Assembly: GCA_009927165.1 (NCBI GenBank) | Contig: RFNO01000106.1 | Location: forward strand, 3,409 to 67,408 | DNA length: 64,000 nucleotides | DNA from: Pseudomonadota bacterium | Lineage (GTDB): Bacteria; Bdellovibrionota; FAC87; UBA2466 | Direction of reading: 5' to 3' | Part shown: positions 8,143 to 18,472 of the stretch, one piece after another | How the letters are laid out: every line of letters begins with the position of its first letter | Numbering within the stretch: the first letter of the stretch is position 1 | The notes under the pieces: model-generated | Databases searched by the model: none | What the model saw: only the letters and a program-made list of their open reading frames with translations | Told to the model about the DNA's origin: nothing | Position numbers and translations under genes: made by a program

Positions 8143-9852
8143 CTAAACTGCTCTGACATCGATAATTTTAAACTGCTCCACATCAACTAAACCTTTGTCA
8201 GTTAATTTTAACTGAGGAATGACTGGCAAACATAAAAATGCCAATTGCAAAAAAGGTTCAGGTAAAGCACATCCAATGGCTTGACTCGCCTGCCTTAACA
8301 GAATCAAATCCTTCGCAACTTTGTTCGGGTCCTCTAAACTCATGAGACCTCCAAAGGGAAGAGGGAGATAAGCAATCACTTTTTGATTTTGAACTACAGC
8401 AAAGCCACCGCCACAATCGATAAGAGCAGCCAATGCTACTCGCATGTCCTCAGTTTTTTTTCCTACTACGCAGAGATTGTGACTATCGTGCCCCACACTT
8501 GAGGCAATAGCCCCCCTTAAATTTTCGCCGAAGCCCGAAACGTAGCCATTGGCCGGTTTTGATCCTTTCCCATATCTCTCTAGGACTGAAAGTTTGGCGA
8601 CAGTTGGGTCTTCAGAAGAGCGAACACTTCGGCCTGTAATGATTTTGCCTGCTTGAATATCAATGCAATGAATGGGTCCTATGGGTCCCTCTAAGTCTTG
8701 ATGCTCAGGAAGTTTTGCCTTGATAGAATTGCCAAACACGTGGCGTTCACTTTCAGAGGGAAAAGATAGTTCCGAGACGAGACAGCCAGATTTAATTACT
8801 TGTCCAATGGCACAGGTTCTTAAGTCGTTGAGCAGCACGACGTCTGCTGCATAACCGGGGGCCAAAGCTCCCACTCTTTTAGGTCCCTTATTCAACCCGT
8901 AGTGATTAGCTACACTCCAACTCGCACTTCGATAAGCTATTTCAGGCGCGATTCCTTGTTGAATGGCTGTTCTTATCAAATAATCAATGTGTCCTTCTTT
9001 GGAAATATCTAGCGGGTTCCGATCATCGGTACAAAATCCAATAAAGGGAGAGCTGTTCCAGTTAAGAAGGGGAATCAATTCGGTTAAATCCTTAGCTACA
9101 CTTCCTTCTCGAATCCAAAGGACAATGCCTTTAGAGAGTTTTTCCTTAGCTTCCTCTAATTCCGAAGATTCGTGGCAGCTTGAAATACCAACAGAAGCAT
9201 AGGCGGACAGTTCACGTCCCCTTAAAAGCGGGCAGTGACCATCCAGCGGTTTTCCTTCAAATGCTACAATCTTATCGAGTACGTCATTATTTTTAAAAAG
9301 TACTCCCGGTACATTCATCATTTCCGCTAAACCAAGAGCTTGGGGGTGATTTTTCAAAGTTAATAATTGAGAGGCACTGAGGCCCCCCCCCCCATTCGTT
9401 TCCATATTGGTCGCCGGAACACAGCTGCTCAACATAATTTGCAGTGTTTGATGCGTTTCCTCAGCTGCTTTTAGAAAATATTCAATGCCGCGTATCCCTT
9501 GAACGTTTGCAAGCTCATGGGGATCGCAAATAGCCGTGGTAGTTCCTTTGGGCAAAGTGACCGATTGAAAGCCCCTGGGAGTCAGTAAACTGCTTTCAAT
9601 GTGAACATGAGCATCTAAGAAGCCTGGAACCACCCATTTTCCTTGGGCATTGATCTCGCGTTTTCCTTTCAGCCCCTGGTCAACGGCCACAATAGTTCCA
9701 TCGTAAATACCCAGGTCACAGGCCAACCATTCACCGGTGAAGACATTCAGACACTTTGCATGCGTCAACACAAGATCGCAGGGAATTTTTCCCAAACTAG
9801 CGTCCAATCGTCGTTGCAGTGCTTCTTTTTGATTCATAGCGCTTACCCACAA
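8143..9852 (-). CDS. ade: adenine deaminase
   Basis: VPGFLDAHVHIESS metal-binding motif, length about 560 aa, amidohydrolase-superfamily layout. Confidence 0.85.
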   Translation of the reverse strand: MWVSAMNQKEALQRRLDASLGKIPCDLVLTHAKCLNVFTGEWLACDLGIYDGTIVAVDQGLKGKREINAQGKWVVPGFLDAHVHIESSLLTPRGFQSVTLPKGTTTAICDPHELANVQGIRGIEYFLKAAEETHQTLQIMLSSCVPATNMETNGGGGLSASQLLTLKNHPQALGLAEMMNVPGVLFKNNDVLDKIVAFEGKPLDGHCPLLRGRELSAYASVGISSCHESSELEEAKEKLSKGIVLWIREGSVAKDLTELIPLLNWNSSPFIGFCTDDRNPLDISKEGHIDYLIRTAIQQGIAPEIAYRSASWSVANHYGLNKGPKRVGALAPGYAADVVLLNDLRTCAIGQVIKSGCLVSELSFPSESERHVFGNSIKAKLPEHQDLEGPIGPIHCIDIQAGKIITGRSVRSSEDPTVAKLSVLERYGKGSKPANGYVSGFGENLRGAIASSVGHDSHNLCVVGKKTEDMRVALAALIDCGGGFAVVQNQKVIAYLPLPFGGLMSLEDPNKVAKDLILLRQASQAIGCALPEPFLQLAFLCLPVIPQLKLTDKGLVDVEQFKIIDVRAV

Positions 9853-10047
9853 AAGGAGAATTCGCTAAGTCTTCCAGGGGTGGGGGGGACAATCAACGAA
9901 GATTTAATTGCGCACAGCAAAAAGAAAACGAAAGTTAACACCAAGTAGATGAAGGGGAGATTTAAAAATGGAATTTGAATATAATAAGTGAACGATCCTT
10001 ACCGCTGTTTTTACTAAGAACTCCAAAAATCTGATGAAGAGGAAATC

Positions 10048-11538
10048 ATGACCAAAAGACTCTTGGTTTTATGTATGACTGCAACGACCGCACTCAGCTT
10101 TGGCGGAAATCTCTCACTAAAGGATTTGAAAGCTAAAATGGCTGAAAGAGAAGCATCTTGGATCCCAGCTGAAAGCCGGATTACTCAGCTTTCAGAAAAA
10201 GAAAAAAAGAATCTTTTTGGTCTGCAATTAGATGAAGGTTTTGGCGATTTCTTCAAGCCTGCAAAGCCCGTAGCAAAAGACCGTGCTGTTCCAGCCAAAT
10301 TTGATTGGAGAAATAAAGATGGGAAGAATTATGATTCTCCTATCTTGAATCAAGCAAACTGTGGAAGCTGTGTTGCTTTTTCAGCAGTTGCCGCTCTTGA
10401 AACTCAAGTAAATATTACTCAAAATACTCCACAATCTCCTTGGGCTTTTTCTCCCCAGCATCTTTTCGCTTGCGGGGGCGGTGGGTGTGAAACCGGTTGG
10501 CATCCGATGATGGCAGTTCAGTTTATGCAAAAAACCGGTGTCCCAGATGAATCTTGTTTCCCCTATACCAGCGGTGGAGACGGAAAAGACCTTGCTTGTA
10601 GTCAAACCTGTTCCGATGCTACCAAGCGTTCCATGAAAATTACTGGCTACACTCAACCCTCTTTCTTTTTTGCAAATCCAGAAGCTGTTAAAGCAGCTCT
10701 CTTAAAAGGCCCTCTCATGACGACTATGGTCGTTTATGAGGATTTCCTCTTCTATAAAAGCGGGGTTTACAAACATGTTTCCGGTGAGCAGTTGGGGGGA
10801 CATGCCATTACTCTCATCGGCTATGACGACAGCGCCAAAGCATGGATTGTTCGAAATAGTTGGGGAGAAGATTGGGGGGAAAAAGGCTATTTTCGAATTG
10901 CTTACGACGATGCCTCGGGAGTTGGAAATCAAACTTGGGGTCTCGAAGTGCCTTCGGCTAAAGGTTATGTCACTTTAGGAGGTCTCAGAGAGCGAGCAGT
11001 CCTATCCGGAACTGTCACTTTGAATCTAGAGTCTACAGTCAGTGATACCACCAGTGTGGAATATGCTGTAAAGAAAAACGACCGAGTCATCCACTGGGGT
11101 GGCGGCCGAAATGGAAGTCGTGTGAAAGTAGATACGACTCAATTCCCCGATGGTGCCTACACTATCGTGGCTCAAGCGAACACGAAGGGCGGACTTGTTC
11201 TTTCTCAGCCCCGGACAATCTACGTTCTCAATGGGAGCCATCAAGGGACTGTCGAGTTAACGAATCTATCGGAAGGAGAGGTTCTATCCGATAAAAAGGA
11301 ACTCCAAATTCGGACTTCTGGTACCCCAGTTCCTTTCACTTCGATTAAATTCAAAGCTGTAAATTTGGTCACCGGAGAAGAAAACGTGCGATCTACTTAC
11401 ACAGTACTACCCGAAATGGTAATGCTGTGGAGATCTCAATATCTCCCCAATGGTGATTATCAAGTGGTGCTTGAAGCCAAAGTGGGTGACAAAGCGGCGG
11501 TTCAAACCAAGCCCATCAAAGTTAAAATCAACCATTAG
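10048..11538 (+). CDS. secreted papain-like (C1A) cysteine protease with about 200-aa C-terminal beta-rich extension
   Basis: Signal peptide; QANCGSCVAFS (Cys), GGHAITLIGYD (His) and NSWGEDWGEKGYFRI (Asn) motifs. Confidence 0.85.
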   Translation: MTKRLLVLCMTATTALSFGGNLSLKDLKAKMAEREASWIPAESRITQLSEKEKKNLFGLQLDEGFGDFFKPAKPVAKDRAVPAKFDWRNKDGKNYDSPILNQANCGSCVAFSAVAALETQVNITQNTPQSPWAFSPQHLFACGGGGCETGWHPMMAVQFMQKTGVPDESCFPYTSGGDGKDLACSQTCSDATKRSMKITGYTQPSFFFANPEAVKAALLKGPLMTTMVVYEDFLFYKSGVYKHVSGEQLGGHAITLIGYDDSAKAWIVRNSWGEDWGEKGYFRIAYDDASGVGNQTWGLEVPSAKGYVTLGGLRERAVLSGTVTLNLESTVSDTTSVEYAVKKNDRVIHWGGGRNGSRVKVDTTQFPDGAYTIVAQANTKGGLVLSQPRTIYVLNGSHQGTVELTNLSEGEVLSDKKELQIRTSGTPVPFTSIKFKAVNLVTGEENVRSTYTVLPEMVMLWRSQYLPNGDYQVVLEAKVGDKAAVQTKPIKVKINH

Positions 11539-11561
11539 TGCTTAAAGCCATCTACCCCAGC

Positions 11562-11597
11562 GGCCCAGAGGAATTCCTCTGGGCCGTTTTTATTTGT
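11562..11597. terminator. bidirectional intrinsic terminator between convergent genes
   Basis: Perfect palindrome GGCCCAGAGG-AATT-CCTCTGGGCC followed by TTTTTATTTG; it lies between the C1 protease stop and the plsC stop. Confidence 0.75.
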
Positions 11598-12351
11598 CGT
11601 AAATAATTTGATTTTCTAACTGATGAAGCTTTTGCTCCATGAGCATGCGGACCTGTTGAATAAGCTTATCTACATCAGCTTCAGTGAGCCCCAGCGTGGA
11701 GACTGGAGCAAGAGTTTCAATAGGAATCGTAGCTTTACGAAGAGTTTTATTTTTCCAATTACCCACATTTCCGAGTGGTGCAATCACGATCGGAACAATA
11801 GGAACTTGGGCTTGAATAGCCAAATGAAAGGCCCCTTTTTTAAAGGGTAGAAGTCCTTTTCCTAATTTATTTCGAGTCCCCTCGGGAGTCATGCCGATTG
11901 CAAAATCTGAACGAAGAAGCTTTATTTGCTTATCCAACGTCTTTTTGGCTTCTTGAGGATGAGATCGGTTAATCAGTGTGGCTCCGCATCCTACAAACCA
12001 CCAACCAATAATAGGAACATTAGCAATTTCTTTTCGGCCAATGGGAACGACTTTTCTGGGCCAGATATTTCCCAGAAGTAAGGTATCGAGAGCACTTTGA
12101 TGGTTAACGACAAGCACAGCTGGTCGGGTATCGAGATAATCTTTCCCCTTGAGGCTGGTTTTGTAACCCAATATTTTAAGTCCTCCCCAAGCTAGGAAGT
12201 TAACAGAAGGAGAAAACAGATTTGGATCTCTCCAGCTGAATAACGAGCGTAAAAGCCAAAGAGTACATGAAAAGAAAGCCCACAGAGTAACTAGGAAAAT
12301 TCTCAGATAAAACATGGGAAAGAGTGTAAGCGCGAAGGGTGGATTCGGCAA
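11590..12351 (-). CDS. plsC: 1-acyl-sn-glycerol-3-phosphate acyltransferase-like (lysophospholipid acyltransferase)
   Basis: NHQSALD (HX4D-type) and PEGTR motifs, N-terminal TM segment. Confidence 0.75.
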   Translation of the reverse strand: MPNPPFALTLFPMFYLRIFLVTLWAFFSCTLWLLRSLFSWRDPNLFSPSVNFLAWGGLKILGYKTSLKGKDYLDTRPAVLVVNHQSALDTLLLGNIWPRKVVPIGRKEIANVPIIGWWFVGCGATLINRSHPQEAKKTLDKQIKLLRSDFAIGMTPEGTRNKLGKGLLPFKKGAFHLAIQAQVPIVPIVIAPLGNVGNWKNKTLRKATIPIETLAPVSTLGLTEADVDKLIQQVRMLMEQKLHQLENQIIYDK

Positions 12352-12359
12352 AACGTTCT

Positions 12360-12926
12360 TTAGTCGTTCACAAATTTGGAGTTGCTTTGAGACTTGAATT
12401 CCAATCTCAATCCAAACGAAGCGCCACTGAAATCGGGGGCATCAGCCATGTGAAGATAATGAGTCGAAAAAAGGGCCTTCCAACCTTGTCCGAGTTTAAA
12501 TCCGATCGCAAGTCCCGGTTGCACCACATAGTAAGAATTTTGTTTTAAATCAATTCCTTTGATTTCGCCTTGTCCATAACCTACCAAAATATCCCACTCG
12601 AGAGTTGCTCTCTTGGCGACGCTCATTTCCCAGCCAAACTGAAGACCACCAAAAGTGAGGTATTCATAGGTGAGCGCTCTTCCATTGGGCGTTCCAAAAA
12701 AAGCGGCTAGTCCCCAATAAGCCTGAGAGTCTCCCAAATATCTGGCCCATCTTAGTCCAGTTAACCACCCTACATTTTGGGACAGATTTGGTTTGAAGGC
12801 TTCGATATCAACTCCCAACTTGCTTCGTTGGTACCCCTCAGCCATCAGAAAAGGAGAGCAGGTAAGAGCCCAAAAAAGGATAATAGCCCTTAAGCATCGA
12901 ATAAAATGAGTTAATCGATATTCCAC
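12360..12926 (-). CDS. hypothetical outer-membrane beta-barrel-like protein
   Basis: Signal-like N-terminus, alternating aromatic/Gly beta-strand pattern, ends in F-x-x-D; directly upstream of plsC on the same strand. Confidence 0.4.
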   Translation of the reverse strand: MEYRLTHFIRCLRAIILFWALTCSPFLMAEGYQRSKLGVDIEAFKPNLSQNVGWLTGLRWARYLGDSQAYWGLAAFFGTPNGRALTYEYLTFGGLQFGWEMSVAKRATLEWDILVGYGQGEIKGIDLKQNSYYVVQPGLAIGFKLGQGWKALFSTHYLHMADAPDFSGASFGLRLEFKSQSNSKFVND

Positions 12927-13120
12927 AACTGGTTATCGGTTCATTGTTGGCAAAAAATGAAAAACAAAGGGAAGTGAAATATCTAAGGAGATAAGCATTT
13001 GAAATTAAATGATAAAATAGGATGTTTTTTGGGGTGGGAAAATTTTTTAATTTCACATTTCCTTCACAATTTTACTTTATGGTTATTGGATACCATCTCA
13101 GAGCACTACTTGAGGAACGT

Positions 13121-13630
13121 ATGCGAAAGCTAGTTTGGACTGCTGTATTTATAGTCTCGGTCTTGTTTCCCTTGCGACTCTACTCCAATCAAGATTGGTA
13201 CTCTTACTATGTCCAATGTGTGGCAGTTTCGAGTGACGAAGCAAGTTGCTATCAGCCCATTCGTGAATTTCTTCAAACGGAAGAGGGAAAAAGACAAGCG
13301 GAGGCTTTGGGCTTTAAGAGAAAACTTTCCATCAATAGTCGTGAAGTATCTTCGCAATTCGTCATTGTGCTTTCTCGAGTTGCTCAAATGGATCAGTATT
13401 TATCCAAGGCTCTGGATAGGGCCAAAGAACAAGGTAAAACTATTCAGGGATACTGTCTGGCTGAAAAGAAGGATTCGGTGGTCAAAATCAAGACTACCCT
13501 TGAACAAAGAAAATCTGAAAAGTCTTCTGTTTCTGAAAGCCGAGAGGATGACTATCAAGTGCTTCTCTCTCTCAACGCCCGAGCAAACGAAATTTATCAA
13601 CAAGCCCAGAAATGCTTGTTAACCGAGTAG
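13121..13630 (+). CDS. hypothetical secreted protein
   Basis: ORF with signal-peptide-like N-terminus from the ATG at 13121; no recognisable motif. Confidence 0.35.
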   Translation: MRKLVWTAVFIVSVLFPLRLYSNQDWYSYYVQCVAVSSDEASCYQPIREFLQTEEGKRQAEALGFKRKLSINSREVSSQFVIVLSRVAQMDQYLSKALDRAKEQGKTIQGYCLAEKKDSVVKIKTTLEQRKSEKSSVSESREDDYQVLLSLNARANEIYQQAQKCLLTE

Positions 13631-13682
13631 CCCATCTTTTTAACATCCTTCATGTTTTTAGGGAAAAAGACGATAAGGATAA

Positions 13683-14726
13683 GTGCCTCCTCAATTTACT
13701 GAAAACTGGGTTCCCTTGGAACGCATTGAGCAGTCTTTGCAATTTGAGCCAGCGCTCTTTGTGCTACTCACCGCTATTTCTTCGTTCTTTGTTTACCGTC
13801 TCGTGTTGAGTGATTTATCCACCGAACGGCACAGAAACCTCCGTGCTCTTTTCAAGAATCTTCTAGCTCACTGCTTGATTGCAGGGGTACTTCTGTGCAG
13901 TTTTTGGATTGTTCGCGCAGGGACTTTACCGTTGGCTCAACTGCTCCCAACGCTCGGTCTTGCCACAGTCTTTTGGGGAGCGATAGTTCTCGTAAAAAGT
14001 TTCAGAATATTTGCTTTTGAATACCTGTTTTTCATGAATATGCAGACCGGTGTCCCTTTACTCTTGGTCAACATGCTCACACTTTTGGTTTCAATCATCT
14101 TAGGTTCGTGGATTGCTACCAGTGTTTTCGGATTTCGCTTGGCTCCGGTTTTGGCAACTTCAGCTCTTTTCTCGATCGTTTTAGGGTTAGCCCTTCAGGA
14201 AACTCTTGGGAATTTATTTTCCGGAATCGCTCTCCAAGTAGACAAACCCTATGCCCTAGGAGATTGGATAGAAGTTCAGACGTCCAATCAAAAGCTTGTT
14301 GGACAGGTTTTTGAAATAACGTGGCGAGCAACCATTTTAGTGAGTTTTTCAGAAGAGTGGGTCACCATTCCCAATCGAGTGGTTGCCCAATCTCAAGTGC
14401 TTAACTACTCAAAAACCAAAAAGCCCATTTTAAAAAATCAAGTTTTCCGTTTTTCGTATGACGTTAATATTCAAGAAGTTAAAAATATGCTTGTTGGTGC
14501 CGTCAGAGATTTGAAGGGTTTAAGCCGATACTCGGAACCTATCGTTCTAGTATCAGAAGTTAATGAATCCTGGGTCAGTTTAAAGCTTGTCTACGCATTG
14601 AAAGATTTTGGAGATCAGTTTCGAATTGCCGACGAAGTACTGATGACTTGTTTGGAAGTTCTCAGAAAAGAGCAGGTGCCATTAGCCGGGCCTCGGATTT
14701 TTGTTAGCCGCGATAAAACAGCTTAA
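13683..14726 (+). CDS. small-conductance mechanosensitive channel (MscS family)
   Basis: Three TM segments followed by the LGNLFSGIALQVDKPYALGDWIEV pore/beta-domain signature. Confidence 0.85.
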   Translation: MPPQFTENWVPLERIEQSLQFEPALFVLLTAISSFFVYRLVLSDLSTERHRNLRALFKNLLAHCLIAGVLLCSFWIVRAGTLPLAQLLPTLGLATVFWGAIVLVKSFRIFAFEYLFFMNMQTGVPLLLVNMLTLLVSIILGSWIATSVFGFRLAPVLATSALFSIVLGLALQETLGNLFSGIALQVDKPYALGDWIEVQTSNQKLVGQVFEITWRATILVSFSEEWVTIPNRVVAQSQVLNYSKTKKPILKNQVFRFSYDVNIQEVKNMLVGAVRDLKGLSRYSEPIVLVSEVNESWVSLKLVYALKDFGDQFRIADEVLMTCLEVLRKEQVPLAGPRIFVSRDKTA

Positions 14727-15525
14727 GGCAAAAGACAGAACCCCCCGACTTCATGAACTCGCTCGTATCGACTGCCCAAGGTCGAAACCCTAAGCGTACT
14801 AATTGCTTTTCAAATGTTTCTGAACCTTTCTGAAGAATGACATTCTGACCATCAGGACAGAAACAGTTTCCACAAAAGAATTCGATGTTTTCTTGATAGG
14901 GAATCTCAATAATCTGGTTAAAAACATTCTGAAGTGTGAGTAGGCCCTCTTTAGTGAATGCTTCTGGCTGAACGGCCGCAACTTCTTTCGATAAAATCGA
15001 GAAACATGTATCTAAGTGATAAAAATCCTTTGAGCGTAGCTCTAGCCTTACTATCGGTAAGTGGAATCGATCAGAAAGTTCCTGATAGACTTCTTTGTCA
15101 GTTCGAGGGCCATAGCCCCCAAAGACTACCCCATGAGCTGGTGAAAAGATTGCGTCTCCATTGCCTTCGAAAGCCCCCGAATAGTTTAACTCATGGACGG
15201 TGATTCCCCTCTCTTCAAACCAGCGCTTGAAAAAAGAGACTTCGGGAGAACGTTCTTTTGAGCGCATATGAGAGAGCAGGATTTCATAGCGGTGACTATT
15301 TGCATTCCAAAAAGGAAATGTTTGATTAGCGGTAAAAACGATATCTGGAAGGTTCTCCACTCCAGGAATCGCCTCTACTTTGAGACCCAATTCGATAAAA
15401 GTTCGGCGAAGCCCTTCCCATTGTTCACGGGCCTTGGTGGAATCTACTTGTTTCAAGTTGCCGGATTCGTCCGTCATGTAGGGGTTGATGGCATACGCCA
15501 CTTTAAAAAAGTCAGGGCTAGCCAT
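14704..15525 (-). CDS. amidinotransferase-superfamily enzyme (DDAH/arginine deiminase-like)
   Basis: Fold-typical C-terminal GGSVFCLK (Cys nucleophile region) and layout. Start taken at the internal Met (MASPDFF); the first 41 residues of the longest ORF are probably not translated. Confidence 0.55.
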   Translation of the reverse strand: MASPDFFKVAYAINPYMTDESGNLKQVDSTKAREQWEGLRRTFIELGLKVEAIPGVENLPDIVFTANQTFPFWNANSHRYEILLSHMRSKERSPEVSFFKRWFEERGITVHELNYSGAFEGNGDAIFSPAHGVVFGGYGPRTDKEVYQELSDRFHLPIVRLELRSKDFYHLDTCFSILSKEVAAVQPEAFTKEGLLTLQNVFNQIIEIPYQENIEFFCGNCFCPDGQNVILQKGSETFEKQLVRLGFRPWAVDTSEFMKSGGSVFCLKLFYRG

Positions 15526-15625
15526 GAGAATAGAATCAAAAGACGGAAGACTGGGAACTGAACGTCTATCGCGCAGAAAACTAAGGGCGCTAAGAGAATT
15601 TTCGATAATCATGAAACTGCAGATA

Positions 15626-16213
15626 TCACAATTCGAAGGATGTTCCAATGACAGGAGAAAACATTAATGCGCCATTGAGTGCTCCGACACGAGGGGAAAT
15701 CATCACTAGGGTTCCTTCACCGACCATCAGATTGAAAGTGGGCTTCAGTAGAAGATTAAAATACACATCACTGTAGTCCTTACCCACAATGACCCCAGTC
15801 GTTTTGGATGTGTCATAGCTGACTAATCCAATTCCGGGAGAAAGTCCGAGCATTACGTAGGAGTTTTGACCCAAATCAAATCGAGCTGCAATACTCGCTA
15901 GAATCGGTAAGTAAGTTCCGAACTGGGGAGCTGTGTAGAAATAGCCTCCGGTTTCCCCGCCAACATAAAGGCCACTTTTTCCTAAGGGAACGTTGATGCC
16001 TACGTGAACTCCGGGTTGGGCACCCGTGATAGCAGTGGCAATTCCAGTTCCCACTTCTATTAGCGTGGGAACCTTTGTTGGGGTGGGCGAATTAACTGAT
16101 TCGTTAAGAACAGCGGTAGATTTCTCAGGGGTCGTGGACGCGGCGGGTGCTCCGATTAATGAACTGCTGGCTGTTGCCCATAATAAAATCCCCACTCCAA
16201 GAAACTGTCGCAT
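15626..16213 (-). CDS. hypothetical Gly-rich secreted protein
   Basis: Signal peptide at the internal Met (MRQFLGVGILLWATASS); no motif recognised. Confidence 0.35.
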   Translation of the reverse strand: MRQFLGVGILLWATASSSLIGAPAASTTPEKSTAVLNESVNSPTPTKVPTLIEVGTGIATAITGAQPGVHVGINVPLGKSGLYVGGETGGYFYTAPQFGTYLPILASIAARFDLGQNSYVMLGLSPGIGLVSYDTSKTTGVIVGKDYSDVYFNLLLKPTFNLMVGEGTLVMISPRVGALNGALMFSPVIGTSFEL

Positions 16214-16271
16214 GAAAAACCTCCGGTTGCGGAACAGATTAATCAACCGGTTAACGCATTGCAACATAAAA

Positions 16272-17225
16272 TTAGGGGAGCCAAGCACTGAATTCATTTT
16301 CTCTCAATAAATCAATTACTTGAGATGAATTTCGCTGCAGGAGCTTTTGTTGGGAAATTCCATTTTCAGAGCAAGTAAGGGCTAAGGAATAGCCTTTGTA
16401 GTTTCGCATTCTTCCCAAGACTCGTTTCTGGGGATGAGAAAGTTTTGTGTCCAAAAGTGCAGTTTTCGAAAGAACTAAAAAACTGGTCGGTAAACTTCTC
16501 AAATCAATCCCCAACTTTTGAGAAAATTGTTTCCAGAAACCATCTCGAAACACTTGATTAGGGGGAGAAGCAAAAAAGTGACACCAGTTATTCTTTTGAG
16601 AGTGATCTAAAAGACCACAAGAGAGTTGATGTGGGCAAGGGGCCACGACAGTGAAATGAGATCGTAGGGATTCTCGCAACTCAATCAGCTTTCTACTGTG
16701 TTCGGGGGTTCCGGGTTCTACCCAAAAAACCCATTGGGAAAGGTCTATAATTCTTTTTAATTCTTTTTCCGCTTCTGAAGACAATTCATTCAAAATATGG
16801 CTGCAAACTAAAACAAAGTCTTTCGGCACTTCTTGGCAGTCCCAGGCTCTCACTTTTAACAAGGGAAACTGATTTTGGATCACTTTCATGCTAAATCGAA
16901 TGGAAGCGGGAGAACGGTCCCACAGAACTATTTCTTCTAGGCCCCGACGGTAAAATTTTTCTGCCAATTTTAAAGCGGCAATTCCAGTCCCGCACCCCCA
17001 ATCCAACAGGGCTTTAGGTACGATTGAAGATTGACTGAGCTTTGTTTCAAAATCTCGGAGAACTGCATCCCATTTCCATCCGATTCTTTCAGCAAACGTT
17101 GAGTGATATTGCTCAAGAACTTCCTCAGTGCTCCAATAAGAAGTAGTTGGTGAAAACTCTTCAGAAAGAAATCGATTTCGCAAAGACTCTAAAAGAGTCC
17201 AATTGGGTTTAAATTGTGTCTCCAT
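16272..17225 (-). CDS. class I SAM-dependent methyltransferase (Rsm22-like layout)
   Basis: LDWGCGTGIAALK motif I, plus a C-terminal Cys/His cluster. Confidence 0.55.
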   Translation of the reverse strand: METQFKPNWTLLESLRNRFLSEEFSPTTSYWSTEEVLEQYHSTFAERIGWKWDAVLRDFETKLSQSSIVPKALLDWGCGTGIAALKLAEKFYRRGLEEIVLWDRSPASIRFSMKVIQNQFPLLKVRAWDCQEVPKDFVLVCSHILNELSSEAEKELKRIIDLSQWVFWVEPGTPEHSRKLIELRESLRSHFTVVAPCPHQLSCGLLDHSQKNNWCHFFASPPNQVFRDGFWKQFSQKLGIDLRSLPTSFLVLSKTALLDTKLSHPQKRVLGRMRNYKGYSLALTCSENGISQQKLLQRNSSQVIDLLRENEFSAWLP

Positions 17226-17257
17226 GCGCTAGAGGTACCACAAGGAGAATTATTTGT

Positions 17258-18361
17258 TTAGGGTTCGATACGGGCTTCTCGGAGTCGAAGGGGCAGGGGC
17301 CCCTTAGCTTTCCAGTTTTTGGGATCACGGCACTCGTATCGATTGTAGTCCCAGAAACTTGTCGAAGAATGAACTTTCATGCAAGTAAGCCCTTTGTCGC
17401 AAGGATGTTCAAACATTTTTCTAGAGCCTTTACCCGGGCAAGCCCCTCCTAGCGACGAACGCGCTCTGCATTCCGAAATATAACTCCCATGAGGATCACG
17501 GGCGAGTACGCATCTGCCAGAAGTCCAATCCGTGTTTTCTGCCCAACATTGACTGTCTTTAGAACAAAGGGGTGTATCTACTGAAAAGTGAAAGCTGGCC
17601 AACCGTGCTTCCACGTCCTGTTTTAGAGTTTGGGCAATTCTATTTAGACAATTTCGTCTGCATTTTTCATCAATTTCTTTCTTGGTAGTGAAGGCGTCCA
17701 CTTCACCCAGCGGGCAAAAATCCTCTTGCTCCACAAAGTTGGAAAGAGTTTTTTCCTGACTGATTTCACTGTAGACTGAGCCCCCCACGGAACCGACGTC
17801 AAAACCCACACGAAGTGTCAGGCCCGCCTGACTGAGATCGTCGAGAGATGCTCGATAAGCCATTTGACAAATAAGGTTACCTTTCACCAAAACCGCTCTT
17901 CCTTTGGAATCAAAAAGATTTTGATCGGGAGCGATATCTGTCGCCACGAAAAACCAGCGTGCTCGAGATTCTCTTCGAGTTGATAATTTTAAACTACCCA
18001 CCACCCCAACTCCTGCGGACACATTGAGGTTAATTGGAGCAATAGTGGTTGTTGTAAACTGAGAAATACCTTCTTGATGACTGCGAACACGAGGGTCCAC
18101 TTTGAGAGGCTCTTTGGGTTCTTTAACCGGTGCAGCTGCTGGTCTCAGGCCAGATAAAGCTTGAGGAAGAAGGTGTTGAAAACTTGAATGAGGCGAGAAA
18201 TTGCTTGAGTCTTGTGCGACCACTATGCTTGAAAAAGTGAGTAACAACCCAAAACTCAAAGCGAAATTGGTTTTTAATAAACGTCCGCTCAAACGTACCA
18301 CCTCTTGTTGACTTCTTGCTGAGCAAAAAGCCTTCGCTACTCCCATTGCAAAAGAGAACAC
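17258..18361 (-). CDS. hypothetical secreted protein with Cys-rich C-terminal domain
   Basis: Signal peptide; about 10 Cys in the last ~100 residues. Confidence 0.4.
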   Translation of the reverse strand: MFSFAMGVAKAFCSARSQQEVVRLSGRLLKTNFALSFGLLLTFSSIVVAQDSSNFSPHSSFQHLLPQALSGLRPAAAPVKEPKEPLKVDPRVRSHQEGISQFTTTTIAPINLNVSAGVGVVGSLKLSTRRESRARWFFVATDIAPDQNLFDSKGRAVLVKGNLICQMAYRASLDDLSQAGLTLRVGFDVGSVGGSVYSEISQEKTLSNFVEQEDFCPLGEVDAFTTKKEIDEKCRRNCLNRIAQTLKQDVEARLASFHFSVDTPLCSKDSQCWAENTDWTSGRCVLARDPHGSYISECRARSSLGGACPGKGSRKMFEHPCDKGLTCMKVHSSTSFWDYNRYECRDPKNWKAKGPLPLRLREARIEP

Positions 18362-18472
18362 TAGGGGAATCCATCCCTAAAACGTAAGAAATAAAAATAC
18401 TTAGAAAAGCGGAGTTCCCCCTTTTAACTGTCCTATTGTTATACACATGCAAATCAGGTAAACACTTCCGCC

